This document shows positions 21,226 through 31,784 of a DNA stretch of 64,000 nt, piece by piece; positions within the stretch are counted from its first letter, which is position 1; every line of letters begins with the position of its first letter. Below the pieces are notes generated by a model. It was not told the origin of the DNA. It was given only the letters and a program-made list of their open reading frames with translations, and made no database searches. The position numbers and the translations under genes were made by a program. The stretch is from a virus, in IMG/VR virus record IMGVR_UViG_3300048029_000266, positions 3,432-67,431 of that record; one strand, 5' to 3'.

Positions 21226-22214
21226 TAATAACTATTTAGCCCATCATATAAAGGTGGGTTGTGTGATGTTATAGGAACTTTAGCGTTCCATATTTTACCT
21301 ATTTTTAATAATTCTATAGACGTTGGCATATTGTCATCGCCTCTAACTTTACCACATAAATAATACCATCTTTTTTCTAAATCTTTAACTATATACTGAG
21401 GAACTTGACCAGCATAATAATCTATTAATTTGTGTTTCCACATAATATAATGAGCTACAGCCTCCTCATGACCTTGTAATATCATTGGATAGCCTTCTAC
21501 AGACAAAGGCACAGTCAAATAGCTTACAGTAATATCGCTTGTATAATCTTTAGAAAAGTTTACTCTATTGCCATTTGTATAGTATCTATTTAATAAATCA
21601 GAAACAGAGCTTTTAAATTGTGAACTAGTAGGCTCTAATATAGTGTTGCCTGTTCTTATATTAATTAGTTTTACCATATTGTCTGGCAATCTAATTTGTT
21701 TGTTGTCTATTTTTTCTTTACCTCCAGAAAAAAACTTAGATATTTTAAAAACATCAGACTCTAAGGTAAAATGATTGCCTCGATCACCTTTTTCTAAACA
21801 AGTTAATGTTAATGTAGTTCCTGATGTTGAGGCTGATATTTCTTGTAAGTTTTCGTAATGTGAAGCATTTAAAACATTTACAGCTTCTATTAAAGTCAGA
21901 AAAACAGAAGCTTTTATTTCAATGTAAAAATCATCATTTAAAACAATATTGTCTGGATTAACAAAATAAAACCTAGTACCATTCACATCTATGTATGACA
22001 TATCTGACGGATTAGTATCTATTTCGATTGTTGCAGTTGCTGCTGTTGCCTCTGTAGAATAAACTATTTCTTTTTGTAAAAATGTTTTATTGCTACCAAT
22101 ATATTGTTCGGCTTCAAATGCCCACTCAGCCCATGAGTCTAGGTTTTCTGTAAAATTTTTTAAACCTAAATTACGAGAAACATTATTAAATACTCTATTT
22201 ACTGGTACGTGCAT
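21225..22214 (-). CDS. Tail ring / tubular protein
   Basis: WAEWAFEAEQYIG start and YLTVPLSVEGYPMI...EAVAHYI end resemble crAss ring proteins; directly upstream of the muzzle gene. Confidence 0.65.
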   Translation of the reverse strand: MHVPVNRVFNNVSRNLGLKNFTENLDSWAEWAFEAEQYIGSNKTFLQKEIVYSTEATAATATIEIDTNPSDMSYIDVNGTRFYFVNPDNIVLNDDFYIEIKASVFLTLIEAVNVLNASHYENLQEISASTSGTTLTLTCLEKGDRGNHFTLESDVFKISKFFSGGKEKIDNKQIRLPDNMVKLINIRTGNTILEPTSSQFKSSVSDLLNRYYTNGNRVNFSKDYTSDITVSYLTVPLSVEGYPMILQGHEEAVAHYIMWKHKLIDYYAGQVPQYIVKDLEKRWYYLCGKVRGDDNMPTSIELLKIGKIWNAKVPITSHNPPLYDGLNSY

Positions 22215-22215
22215 A

Positions 22216-22680
22216 TTATGATGTTGCTACAAAAAGTTCTAAATTATGATTATTGTGTCCCCCTTTTACAACTAAAGTATCTGCATTGTCTAAAGTGCTT
22301 CCTCCGTGCGTACCCTCACAAACAGGGCTTGTAAAAATAATAGAACTATCAGGAGATACATTTGTTAAAGCACAATCAGTACTAGTATCTTCTAATCCTA
22401 CAGACAAATCTTGAGCTCCATCCAAATTTGTAACTCTTATATATTTAACATTAGCTCTAACAACAGTACCAGCAGATTCAGCTGTCCCAAAATTTAAGAT
22501 TACAGTTCTATTAGTGTTTGCTAAATTTATTATTCTTTTAGTTATGTGTTGCACGCCCGCGTACGTGTGCGTGTAGGTTTGTGCAAAATCTATATCATTA
22601 CTTTCACCATTTGCATGATCAACAGAAAGAGCTTCTGTAATGGTAACAGTTAAATTTTGTGCTGTTAATTCGCTTGACAT
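22216..22680 (-). CDS. Putative virion structural beta-sandwich protein (154 aa)
   Basis: YIRVTNLD motif shared with 55670..56077 and 56096..56485; structural operon. Confidence 0.5.
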   Translation of the reverse strand: MSSELTAQNLTVTITEALSVDHANGESNDIDFAQTYTHTYAGVQHITKRIINLANTNRTVILNFGTAESAGTVVRANVKYIRVTNLDGAQDLSVGLEDTSTDCALTNVSPDSSIIFTSPVCEGTHGGSTLDNADTLVVKGGHNNHNLELFVATS

Positions 22681-23151
22681 TTATGTAGTTTTTAATTTAT
22701 TTATTTCTTTTTTAAAAATACCTAATGGCATAATTTTACATTTTTTTAATTTATCTGGTCTTACCCAAATAACTTTATAATAATAATCATCTAATATAGG
22801 TACTTTATATTTTACTAATTTACCTTTTTTATTAGATTCATTTATATCAACGCGATAATGAAAAGCTCTTTTATGTTCTTTTTTATCTAAATACACATAT
22901 CCTAGTCCCCCAGGCAAGTGTATTAATTCATTTCTTTGCACAACATCACGTATCAATATTTCAAAAAACTTAGAAACAACTGAATAATACGTTTTATAAT
23001 CCAGTTTGTTTCTTCTATATTTTTTTTGCCCCTTCAGCCATTCTCCTTTGACAGTTACCTCTTCTCTTACTATTTTGTAAATGTCTCTAGCTGTTTCATA
23101 TTTATTTTTGTGCTTTCGGCTGAATAAGTTTTGCTGACGCTGCGTTGTCAT
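22681..23151 (-). CDS. IHF/HU-like basic DNA-binding protein of the crAss structural module
   Basis: Basic; YYSVVSKFFEILIRDVV...IHLPGGLGYV matches the helix plus LPG-LG turn of the IHF fold; IHF-like genes lie among ring genes in crAss-like phages. Confidence 0.6.
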   Translation of the reverse strand: MTTQRQQNLFSRKHKNKYETARDIYKIVREEVTVKGEWLKGQKKYRRNKLDYKTYYSVVSKFFEILIRDVVQRNELIHLPGGLGYVYLDKKEHKRAFHYRVDINESNKKGKLVKYKVPILDDYYYKVIWVRPDKLKKCKIMPLGIFKKEINKLKTT

Positions 23152-24088
23152 CTATATCGTCTGTTATAGAGCCACCTAATACTGCTAACTCTTGTGATAA
23201 TATTCTTCTATTCAAGTCTCCAATTAATGCTTGTGGAAATGGATATGAGTTGTCATCTGACCACCCTGGTTGTTCTGTTGGGTTTGACAACAATAAATCT
23301 GCTTTTAACATATATTGTATAGGCTCTTGATAACCATTTGTTCTATTCTTCAAAGTAGATTGTAGCCATCCTACGCTCAAATAATTTTTATTATCAACAG
23401 ACTTTTGTATATAACTTGACGTATTGTTAGAGCCAAATCTATTAAATCTTTTATTTTCAAATTCATTTTTATTCAAAACAGGAATATCAATATAGTTGTG
23501 ATTTTGATTAGTAAGAGATTGTGCTTTTTTAATTTTAAGATTTTTTACACCTTTTCCTGAAATATTTAAAACCGTAGGCATAGAAAGTGTTAAAATACCA
23601 AAATCATCTGGTCTACTTTGATTATAGCTTCTAAATGACCTACCATAGTAATCTTCGTTTATTGTTTGTGATCCAGGTGATATTCCTGCCAAAGCAAAGG
23701 TTCTGTTTGATGGAACAATTAATTTGCTATCTGTATCTGTTATTGCATTTACATCTGCATAAACAACATCCGCTGTTTCATCTTCTTCTGTTGTAGGATC
23801 ATCAACAATAGCCTCTGTTAATATTGTATTTTGTGCTACTTGATCTATATACGTTTTCCAATCAGTTATAGATTGTGCATAAGTATCGTTATATTGCGTA
23901 AACCTATACTCTTGCAAGCACTCTAAATCTAAGCCTTTGCCGTTAGCTGCATTTTCTTTAAGTATTTGCGCTCTATAATAATGAACCCAAAATTTAATTT
24001 GATCTGTTGATACATCTTGCTCTACATTTGTATTACCTCCGTAGATAAGATTTTTAATATTGAATGCTATTTCGTTTAATGTAGCCAT
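23102..24088 (-). CDS. Tail ring / head-tail connector protein
   Basis: MATLNEIAFNI...QIKFWVHYYRAQIL and C-terminal LLSNP...YPFP resemble crAss ring proteins. Confidence 0.65.
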   Translation of the reverse strand: MATLNEIAFNIKNLIYGGNTNVEQDVSTDQIKFWVHYYRAQILKENAANGKGLDLECLQEYRFTQYNDTYAQSITDWKTYIDQVAQNTILTEAIVDDPTTEEDETADVVYADVNAITDTDSKLIVPSNRTFALAGISPGSQTINEDYYGRSFRSYNQSRPDDFGILTLSMPTVLNISGKGVKNLKIKKAQSLTNQNHNYIDIPVLNKNEFENKRFNRFGSNNTSSYIQKSVDNKNYLSVGWLQSTLKNRTNGYQEPIQYMLKADLLLSNPTEQPGWSDDNSYPFPQALIGDLNRRILSQELAVLGGSITDDIDDNAASAKLIQPKAQK

Positions 24089-24119
24089 ACTACAAAAATA
24101 ATTTAATTTATGGTATAAA

Positions 24120-24182
24120 ACAACAAAAGGCCAAACATCCGAAAATATTGTGACCTAAAGTTGCGCAGGGAGCAAAAAGCTC
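24120..24182 (-). terminator. Structured 3' element / probable terminator
   Basis: On the minus strand: GAGC-TTTTT-GCTC hairpin, then GCAAC-ttt-AGGTCA-c-AATATT-TTCG-GATGTT-TGGCCT-ttt-GTTGT followed by T-rich sequence. Confidence 0.5.
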
Positions 24183-24183
24183 A

Positions 24184-24750
24184 TTATATTGATTTACTCT
24201 GCTCTGCTTCTATTTGTTGATATTGCACATTAGGACTTTCAATATTTCCAGTCATTTTTCTAATTGCTATATCTATTACCTCTCTTTGATGTAGCTCTGC
24301 AAAATTACCTTCAGACAATATTGGAAATACATCATCAATACTTGGCATTTGTATATATACTACATTAACACCAGTATCACTAGTAGTAAGCTCTAAGGTG
24401 TTATTTCTAACAGTTCCTTTTATATTGCTATCACTAGCCTTGTTAAATGGATCGCTTGTTGTTTGCGAATCAGAAAATTCTTCTTCAGAAACAATCTTTA
24501 CACTCTTTGATCCAACTGTACAGTTTAATATATGTACATAGTCAGTCAAATTAGTTCCACTACTAGATATTACAAAAGATTGCAACGCATCTCTAGATAC
24601 CTGCCTTTGTCCATACATAGCGTAATGATTATTAATAAACGATACAACTGATTGCATCAAAAACATATCTTTTTCGCTATCTATAAAATAAGGTTGATCT
24701 GCTTTGTCTAACAGCAAATCCATGAGGTCGTATGCGTCTTGTCTTAACAT
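24184..24750 (-). CDS. Ring protein (head-tail adaptor-like)
   Basis: DLLLDKADQPYF...EKDMFL and ELHQREVIDIAI resemble crAss ring proteins. Confidence 0.6.
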   Translation of the reverse strand: MLRQDAYDLMDLLLDKADQPYFIDSEKDMFLMQSVVSFINNHYAMYGQRQVSRDALQSFVISSSGTNLTDYVHILNCTVGSKSVKIVSEEEFSDSQTTSDPFNKASDSNIKGTVRNNTLELTTSDTGVNVVYIQMPSIDDVFPILSEGNFAELHQREVIDIAIRKMTGNIESPNVQYQQIEAEQSKSI

Positions 24751-24753
24751 TTA

Positions 24754-25419
24754 TTACTTTTTTAATGCAACTGATTTTTCTTTTTTATTTCCTCTCAGTT
24801 GATTTTTAAGTAAAGCATGTATGTCAGCATTATCTTTCACCCACAATACAGCTTGATCTTCAGTAAGACCAATACTCAAAGTTCCGTATTTATAAACACC
24901 ATTAACTTTGCTAAATATTTCTTTATCTAAACAAGACTTAATAAATATTTTAATAGAAGCGTCTTTGTCATTTAGAGCATCCATAAATCTTTTCGGATTG
25001 TCACTTGCATAAGAAATAATTTTAGCTTTACGTATATTATCATCCCAATCTCCATTTAGACCAATTAATCTACATAAATCTTCTATTTCTTTTTTGCTTA
25101 GTTGAGCTGCTGCTGTAACTGAATCAGCTTTTAATAAAGATTCTTCAGCTTTTTCATTTTCTTTAGCAGATAGATCTTCTAAAATAAACTGACCATTATT
25201 TACTAATGGATGTTCTTTTAAAAAATCTACAACTTTTTTATCATCTTCGTCATTAATATCAAATGACTTTACAGCGTTAAATAATTCAAATCCAGATAAA
25301 GTATCACCATTTGGATCAATTAACTCTACTCGTTTTCCTTTTGAATTTTTGTATGTCCCAAATTTAGCATAGTTAAACTTATCAGGACTTTTTGATTTTA
25401 ATAATACTACGTGTTTCAT
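24754..25419 (-). CDS. Conserved crAss-like protein downstream of the capsid genes (221 aa)
   Basis: FLKEHPLV...NPKRFM...IGLTEDQAVLWVKD pattern; synteny. Confidence 0.5.
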   Translation of the reverse strand: MKHVVLLKSKSPDKFNYAKFGTYKNSKGKRVELIDPNGDTLSGFELFNAVKSFDINDEDDKKVVDFLKEHPLVNNGQFILEDLSAKENEKAEESLLKADSVTAAAQLSKKEIEDLCRLIGLNGDWDDNIRKAKIISYASDNPKRFMDALNDKDASIKIFIKSCLDKEIFSKVNGVYKYGTLSIGLTEDQAVLWVKDNADIHALLKNQLRGNKKEKSVALKK

Positions 25420-25443
25420 TTTTTTAATATTGATTAATACTCC

Positions 25444-25647
25444 CTATTGCTTTGGTAATTTTTTACCTTTTTTTTCTTTGATAATATTACCATTTTCTAC
25501 CCATGTTTTGTTGTTGGAATGAGTGCTCCATTTAAATCCACTTTGACCTCCAATATAGAATCTTTCTTTATTTCTATTTTTGGCCTCATCAATCCTTTTC
25601 TTCATTCCTTCAGGATCAATTTTTTTAAAATAATCAAATAAATTCAT
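25444..25647 (-). CDS. Small basic hypothetical protein
   Basis: ORF immediately after a TATATTTG promoter box. Confidence 0.55.
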   Translation of the reverse strand: MNLFDYFKKIDPEGMKKRIDEAKNRNKERFYIGGQSGFKWSTHSNNKTWVENGNIIKEKKGKKLPKQ

Positions 25648-25667
25648 ATTGCAAATATAAAAGAATT

Positions 25668-25692
25668 ATGGAGAGGCACAAAACCTCTCCAT
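25668..25692 (-). terminator. Intrinsic terminator after the auxiliary capsid genes
   Basis: ATGGAGAGG-ttttgtg-CCTCTCCAT stem followed by AATTCTTTT on the minus strand. Confidence 0.65.
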
Positions 25693-25704
25693 TTTCTTAT
25701 TCTA

Positions 25705-26208
25705 TTATCCAAATGCAGGATTTGCGTCACCAGACAATACTGTTCCAGATACAAACCAATTTGTTCCGTTTACACATTGAAACGTTAACAATGTTCCTGG
25801 TTCAATATTATCATTGATTCGTAAAAATGTATCATCACTAGCGTCTGACTGAACTATAGTTGTTCCTGTTCCATTTTGAGCTAATACCGCTCCTAATAAA
25901 AGTCCAGAAGGTACAACTATCTTTACACCAAGACTATCACTAGCAACTGTAAATAAAAACGTATAGTTTAATCCTACGGCTGCCGCAGGTAAAGTATATG
26001 TTTTTTCAGCTGTTGTAATAGCTTCTGATACATTTATAACAGATCCAGAATCATCATCTAAAATAGTTGCATCAGCATCACCTACCTTAACAACAGGCTT
26101 TACTGACTTTAACACAGGTAAATGTATAAATTGATCGTACAAAGAGTCTTTAGCTTTGTAATACGACTTTATAGCCGACTTAAATTCGTTGAATGTTGTT
26201 TTTAACAT
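25705..26208 (-). CDS. Auxiliary capsid / decoration protein (paralogue 1)
   Basis: DSGSVI...YTLPAAAVGLNYTF...CVNGTNWFVSG; paralogous to the neighbouring gene; directly after MCP. Confidence 0.65.
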   Translation of the reverse strand: MLKTTFNEFKSAIKSYYKAKDSLYDQFIHLPVLKSVKPVVKVGDADATILDDDSGSVINVSEAITTAEKTYTLPAAAVGLNYTFLFTVASDSLGVKIVVPSGLLLGAVLAQNGTGTTIVQSDASDDTFLRINDNIEPGTLLTFQCVNGTNWFVSGTVLSGDANPAFG

Positions 26209-26225
26209 AATGATAAAATTAAAGA

Positions 26226-26699
26226 TTATCCAAATATTACGTCACTACCTGAACCGCATACACCTTGAACAAACCAACTTGTTCCATCACAATATAGCGT
26301 TACATAATCACCAGCAGAAGCTCCTCCTGACTGATCAAATATAATTTTTGTGTCAGATGATGTTGCTGTATCTTTTGTACCAGCACCTGTAATAACATGT
26401 CCTACAAAATCTTCACTTGCAGAAGCTTGTTTAATAATAATATCTTCAGCAGGTTCGTTACCGATAGCTTTTAAGATAAACTTAAAATTTAAGCCAGCTT
26501 TTGCTGAAGGTAATGTTACGGTAAGAATTGCATCTTCTACAACACTACCATCTAATAAAAAAACTGTACCACTTTCATAGTCATACAATTTCTTGCTAGC
26601 TGTAATACTAACAACTGGATCGATTTGACCTCTAAACTTGGGCAATCTTCCTTGCCCTGCTTCTGAGGATTTGTTTGATAAATCTAAATAATTTGCCAT
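26226..26699 (-). CDS. Auxiliary capsid / decoration protein (paralogue 2); start revised to MANYL
   Basis: ESGTVF...VTLPSAKAGLNFKF...CDGTSWFVQG; A-rich leader before ATG at 26699. Confidence 0.65.
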   Translation of the reverse strand: MANYLDLSNKSSEAGQGRLPKFRGQIDPVVSITASKKLYDYESGTVFLLDGSVVEDAILTVTLPSAKAGLNFKFILKAIGNEPAEDIIIKQASASEDFVGHVITGAGTKDTATSSDTKIIFDQSGGASAGDYVTLYCDGTSWFVQGVCGSGSDVIFG

Positions 26700-26764
26700 T
26701 TTCTTTTTTTTTAGGCGACATATTGGGAGAGCCAAAGCCCTCCCTCAGTCAAATTATAAATTAA

Positions 26765-28327
26765 TTATGATGCAGATAAGATTCCGCAAGATAATGGGTT
26801 ACGAACGATAATTCCAGACTCAGAAAGAACGTGAGCTTCAAATTTATCATCAGCGTTTGCAGCCATCATAGATGATTGATCGTATGGATTAATCATACCA
26901 GCTACATACTTTTTGATAAAGCTTCTGTTAGTTCCTTCAGCTCCTTTAGTTACTAACTCAATGTTAGAAACACCAGAAGTCTTACCGAAATCTAAGAATA
27001 CCATTTTAGCAGACTCTTTAAGTCTGTTGTCACCAAACGCATTAGTACCTGAAGTACTACTGTGTAGGTTGTTGTCATCAAATACTGGGCAATAAGCAAC
27101 AGTTAATTTGTTACCTAAAGCTTCGTAAGATGTGAAGTTAGCACCTAAAGCAACATCACCGCCAACACCAGCAAATGAACCACCTGTCATTGCACCAGAA
27201 GGAGCAACTAATAGATCTTTCATAGCTTTGTGGAATGCTAATCTACCTTCAGTACCTGTAAACACAACCCACTCGTTACCTTCAGCATTTGTTGCATTTA
27301 AGCTTAACTTAGCTAAGAACTCAGTAATGATTTCTTCAGTAAGTGCGCCAGCAGTATAAGATGCTTGGTTAGATGAGTCGATTTGAGCTAATAGACCATC
27401 ACCTGTGATGATGTTATTAGTTTGTCCACCAACAGCAGCACCAGTCAACGTAGAAGTCAATCCAGCTGGACGTGATACTCCACTTTCGTGTACAGACTTA
27501 CGACCATACCATCTTTGAAGCTCTTGCTGATACATGTACTCATCCATCATCATTTGCTCTTTAGTAAAGTACCATAATCTGTGACCATTGTTTTCAATCC
27601 ACATAATATCTGTAATATCCTTACCTGTAACAGAAATCTTCTTACGCATTGTAGTAAGATAATTTTTGTATGTAGATGGGAATACGTAGTTTTCACCTAC
27701 GTCAGATCCTAATGAACCATTAGGGAATGCAGAACCGATTGAAGCAAAGATTGCACCGCTAGAAAGGTCAGTAACCTGTAATGGTTTAGCAGCACCATCA
27801 ATCATTTCAACTTTAACAATTTTAGATGCAGATGTAACAGCTACACCTGTACCTGATGCACTAATAGATCCAGAATCAGTTAAGTCAGTCATAATTAAAC
27901 CAACAGCACCTGACTGGAAACGAATCATGTCATACTTATTTAAGAAGTTTGATGTGTATGATTCACCATCAGCAATAATGTAAACAACATCACCATTTGC
28001 ATCTGCACTGTTAAATGCACCGCTAGTAGCAGCAGCAGCGCCACTACCAGAATCAGCAGCAACGAATGAAGATCCATCAGTAGAAATCCAACCAGCTGAA
28101 TAAGAAGGTGTGTTGTAACGTCCCATAACTTTCCACTCGAATGAGTTATCGCCTAGGACTTTTTCACTTGCAAAGCGACCTGTTCTTTCTAAAAGATATG
28201 TCGCTGAATAACGAGGATATTGTTGAATCAACGTTCTTGCAATCTCTGGGTATTGCAATAGTGCTGTATTCAAACTATTCTCAGGAGTTGTTCCAGAACC
28301 GTAAGTTCCAGTATAAACTTTAGCCAT
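26765..28327 (-). CDS. Major capsid protein (crAss-like HK97 fold), 520 aa
   Basis: NYLTTMRK...ITGDGLLAQI...VFTGTEG...GIIVRNP pattern; follows portal and scaffold. Confidence 0.88.
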   Translation of the reverse strand: MAKVYTGTYGSGTTPENSLNTALLQYPEIARTLIQQYPRYSATYLLERTGRFASEKVLGDNSFEWKVMGRYNTPSYSAGWISTDGSSFVAADSGSGAAAATSGAFNSADANGDVVYIIADGESYTSNFLNKYDMIRFQSGAVGLIMTDLTDSGSISASGTGVAVTSASKIVKVEMIDGAAKPLQVTDLSSGAIFASIGSAFPNGSLGSDVGENYVFPSTYKNYLTTMRKKISVTGKDITDIMWIENNGHRLWYFTKEQMMMDEYMYQQELQRWYGRKSVHESGVSRPAGLTSTLTGAAVGGQTNNIITGDGLLAQIDSSNQASYTAGALTEEIITEFLAKLSLNATNAEGNEWVVFTGTEGRLAFHKAMKDLLVAPSGAMTGGSFAGVGGDVALGANFTSYEALGNKLTVAYCPVFDDNNLHSSTSGTNAFGDNRLKESAKMVFLDFGKTSGVSNIELVTKGAEGTNRSFIKKYVAGMINPYDQSSMMAANADDKFEAHVLSESGIIVRNPLSCGILSAS

Positions 28328-28418
28328 TTTTAAATAATTTTAAATTAAACAATTTTTAACACTATTTTAATCCAGAGTAATGTACGTAACTTGTAGGCTT
28401 TGCCTTTTGTTTTGTAAG

Positions 28419-29444
28419 TTACTCTCTCATAAACGCAGCAGGATCAAAACCAGATGATTTTATTTTAGTCGTAGGTCTTGATTTGCCACTAAGGCTAGGA
28501 GAAGTAATGTCATTTAATATTTTAGCTTTACCATCTTCTAAACCCTGGGAGCGTAAGATCTTAGCAAACTTGTCTTTGAACAGCATAAACATCGCTACCT
28601 CTGAAGCATTGTCATGGGATTTCCAGATGTCCTCGGCCATTTTACCAGACGTTATATATTTGTAAGCCTCTTTCGCTTGATCTTTAGTCACACTACCACC
28701 CATAAATGTTCCAAGTGATTTTAAGTGACCTTGTAATTCTTTTTTATTTCTCTCTACTTTTTCTTTAGCAGACATTTCTTCTTGCTGTTTTTCTTTAAAA
28801 AACTTTTGTTTTTCTTGTTCTACAGCTGCATTAAGTTGTCTTCTAATTCTAAATGCTTCTCTTTTTAAAACACCAGAGTCTTCCATTTTATCTAAAGCCT
28901 CTTCAATTTCAAAGTCTTCCATTCCATCAGTTTTCATTTCTGCTGCAATCAGCTCTCTGTCATTGTATTTTAAATATCCATTTATTTTATCAATAACCTC
29001 GTTTTTTGGCTGCTCAATAAATGGAGAATTTAAAGCTTGTATAATATCTTCTTTAGTTGCAGCTTCTAATCCAAGCTCTTTTGCAACCTTTATCCAATCT
29101 AATTTTCCAGATTCTTCAACACTTTCATTTTCCTCTGTAGACTTTGCTTGAGTAGCCTCGTCCCAATCTTCTTCTGGTGTTTTAATTTCTGGAGCTTCTT
29201 TTTTTTCTGACTCAATGTCATTCCAATTAAAAGGCTTGTCAGAATCCTCTTCTGTACCCTCAGTATTTTCTTCAACTTTTTCAGCTGCTTCTTCATTATA
29301 CTTACCTTGAAATTGTTCCATCATTTGATCTGTTGCAAACGCTAATGGATCAAATGCTTTTTCTTCTGTTGTTTCTGTTGTAGATTCTACGCTTAGGTTT
29401 TCTGAAGCTTCTTCTACTAAGTTTGATTGTTGTTCTTCTGCCAT
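28419..29444 (-). CDS. Putative capsid scaffolding/assembly protein (acidic, coiled coil)
   Basis: Very acidic N-terminus, helical; between portal and MCP. Confidence 0.6.
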   Translation of the reverse strand: MAEEQQSNLVEEASENLSVESTTETTEEKAFDPLAFATDQMMEQFQGKYNEEAAEKVEENTEGTEEDSDKPFNWNDIESEKKEAPEIKTPEEDWDEATQAKSTEENESVEESGKLDWIKVAKELGLEAATKEDIIQALNSPFIEQPKNEVIDKINGYLKYNDRELIAAEMKTDGMEDFEIEEALDKMEDSGVLKREAFRIRRQLNAAVEQEKQKFFKEKQQEEMSAKEKVERNKKELQGHLKSLGTFMGGSVTKDQAKEAYKYITSGKMAEDIWKSHDNASEVAMFMLFKDKFAKILRSQGLEDGKAKILNDITSPSLSGKSRPTTKIKSSGFDPAAFMRE

Positions 29445-29481
29445 AATTTAATAAAATTTTGTTCCCTAATATGCAAATATA

Positions 29482-31782
29482 CTAAGATTTTTTAATTATA
29501 TCTTGAATTTTCTGTTTACGCTCTGGTTTAATAGTTTCGTTTTGTGATTCTCTTTGAGCTAAACTATCGGCCTCTTTAGCATCCTGTTCAGCTTTCTTTT
29601 GTAAGAATATTTGCTTGTTTTTTACAGTATGTGATACATCAGACGTTTCTCTAGCTAAATCATCTTTCATATCAGCAATTTGTAAATCAGTTTCAGCTTG
29701 TATTCTAGCAACCTCAACTTTTCCTTGATTTTTAACTTGTTCAAGTTGTACTTGTCTTTCAAACTCAGCTTGTTGTTGCTCAGCTTGTGCTTGTAACATT
29801 GCTTGCTGTTGTTGCGCTTGTTCAGCTTGCTCTTTTTTAATTTCTTCCATAGCTCTTTCGAGTATATGCTCTGCTTCTGTAAAGGTATCAGCTTTAAGAA
29901 CCTTAATAATATCTAAAAGAGTAGCTTGACCTCCTTGTACAGCAGCCTGTGCAATACTTTGTAGCTGTTGACGCATAGCATCATCTTTACCAGCATCACC
30001 TATAAATATACCATAATCTTGTAGTGATATATCTGGGAATACAGATAAAAATTTATAAGCTCCATCTCCTAATATATAAGAAGCCTTTTTACCGTTAGAC
30101 CAACAAAGCTTCATAAGATTACATACTTTCTCAAATACGCGTTTCTTAACCATATTGTGAGAATAGAATAAACTTTCTGTAATTGTAGCTGATTGTACAA
30201 CACTACGCTGTACATTACCCACATATTCGTACTGACCAACAGCACCTTCTCTTTGCGGAGTAACACCAGATATTTGTCCAGCAGTTTGCTCAAGCATTAA
30301 TTTAAGATTGATAAGTTGTTGAACAGAATTAGAAAGCGTAAAGTCAATTTGTTGAAATTGATTAAATGATGATAACTGATTACCTTCTTCTTTAGAGTTA
30401 ATAGGTATAATACCATCTGTCTTTAAATGATAAAGTACAGTTTGCATATCCATACCTAAGTTTGTAGGTAATTGAGATACATCATACACAACAGCTTTAC
30501 CACCAGACCTAGCCATAGCTAATTCTATTTGATACATTACAATATTGTAAAGCATTTGTATATTTTTTAGTAAATCTACCATAGAAACACTCTTTCCTGT
30601 AGAATTATTTCTAACACAACCTACATATGACAAAGATGTAGAACCAGCATCATCTACTGATCTTACTTGGTTAGGTCTTCTTCTAGCTCTAGCTAAAATC
30701 TTACCGCCAATTTTAGTAGCCTCCCATATATCGTCTACATATCTAGTTTTTATCTTTTCATTCTTTCTAGGCTTGTAATCATCTGCAACCTGCTTCATAA
30801 AAGGCTTTTCAGGATTAAATTTATTTTCTGATAATTTAAATCTTAGTGCTTTTATAGATTTCCATTCTACAGATACTACTCTAATCTTTACCTCTTGCCC
30901 TTCTTGATACTCTACCCAATCAAAAGGATCATTGTATCTAGCTAAATCATCATATCCACCTATTTGATACATAGCCGACAACTCTTCTAGGTCTTCACGA
31001 TTAAGCTCATCTCTAAATTCATCTAATATTTCGTGATACGATAAATATCTTTCTTCACCTACCCATGATGAGTCATCTAAATAATCTGATGTAGCATTAA
31101 TTTCAAATACACAATTTCTTGGATCTACTCTTCTAACATAAGGATCTCCGTTGTGATCATATATTTTATAAAACTCTTTACCTGTAACTAGCATGTCTCT
31201 ATAACCTTCTTTGAATAAATCTCTATAGTTATATTTAGACATAAGATACTCTAATCCATCTTGTGCTGTTTCTTCGACCATTTCTCTGAAATTATATTTC
31301 ATATATAGGTCTATGTCTTCTGGAACCTCCATTTCTGTTACAGGAGGTAGCTCAACACCTGTTGTTTGCGCAAATTCTTTATGTATTTCGTCAGTAAGGT
31401 CTTTCATAATTAAATTAACCTTAACATCTTCTTTTCTTAGCACAGCTTCTTTATTTGTTGTACTAACTTTAACATCTAAAGGTCTTCTAAGATCTTCACC
31501 TACTAACAAATCAATCTTTGGCGATATTATAGGATAGTTTACTAAACGAGCTGGGTATGCCATTCCGTATTGCTCTGTTATGTATTTAAAATCGTCTAAT
31601 TCTAAATCACCATTGTATATATTATAATTTTGTACGTCATTTATTCTTGACGTTTTATATGGAGACTCAGTATAAGACATATACGAAACTACTGCGTCTA
31701 CCCATTGATTACACCATTCATCATTTTTCTCTGACTCTAAAACAAATTGAGCTGGAAAAGAAGATTGACTATTTTTATACAT
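29482..31782 (-). CDS. Portal protein (crAss-like)
   Basis: NYPIISPKIDLLVGE, IWEATKIG, ISGVTPQREG and a Gln-rich C-terminal coil; follows TerL. Confidence 0.9.
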   Translation of the reverse strand: MYKNSQSSFPAQFVLESEKNDEWCNQWVDAVVSYMSYTESPYKTSRINDVQNYNIYNGDLELDDFKYITEQYGMAYPARLVNYPIISPKIDLLVGEDLRRPLDVKVSTTNKEAVLRKEDVKVNLIMKDLTDEIHKEFAQTTGVELPPVTEMEVPEDIDLYMKYNFREMVEETAQDGLEYLMSKYNYRDLFKEGYRDMLVTGKEFYKIYDHNGDPYVRRVDPRNCVFEINATSDYLDDSSWVGEERYLSYHEILDEFRDELNREDLEELSAMYQIGGYDDLARYNDPFDWVEYQEGQEVKIRVVSVEWKSIKALRFKLSENKFNPEKPFMKQVADDYKPRKNEKIKTRYVDDIWEATKIGGKILARARRRPNQVRSVDDAGSTSLSYVGCVRNNSTGKSVSMVDLLKNIQMLYNIVMYQIELAMARSGGKAVVYDVSQLPTNLGMDMQTVLYHLKTDGIIPINSKEEGNQLSSFNQFQQIDFTLSNSVQQLINLKLMLEQTAGQISGVTPQREGAVGQYEYVGNVQRSVVQSATITESLFYSHNMVKKRVFEKVCNLMKLCWSNGKKASYILGDGAYKFLSVFPDISLQDYGIFIGDAGKDDAMRQQLQSIAQAAVQGGQATLLDIIKVLKADTFTEAEHILERAMEEIKKEQAEQAQQQQAMLQAQAEQQQAEFERQVQLEQVKNQGKVEVARIQAETDLQIADMKDDLARETSDVSHTVKNKQIFLQKKAEQDAKEADSLAQRESQNETIKPERKQKIQDIIKKS

Positions 31783-31784
31783 AA

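Noticed and set aside
23102-23151. 50-nt overlap of ring and IHF-like genes as a programmed frameshift
   Set aside because: No slippery heptamer seen; a simple overlap or a downstream start explains it
26700-26765. MCP read-through or frameshift into the auxiliary capsid gene
   Set aside because: MCP ends in TAA followed by a GC hairpin; the A run is a typical Bacteroidota translation leader for ATG 26699
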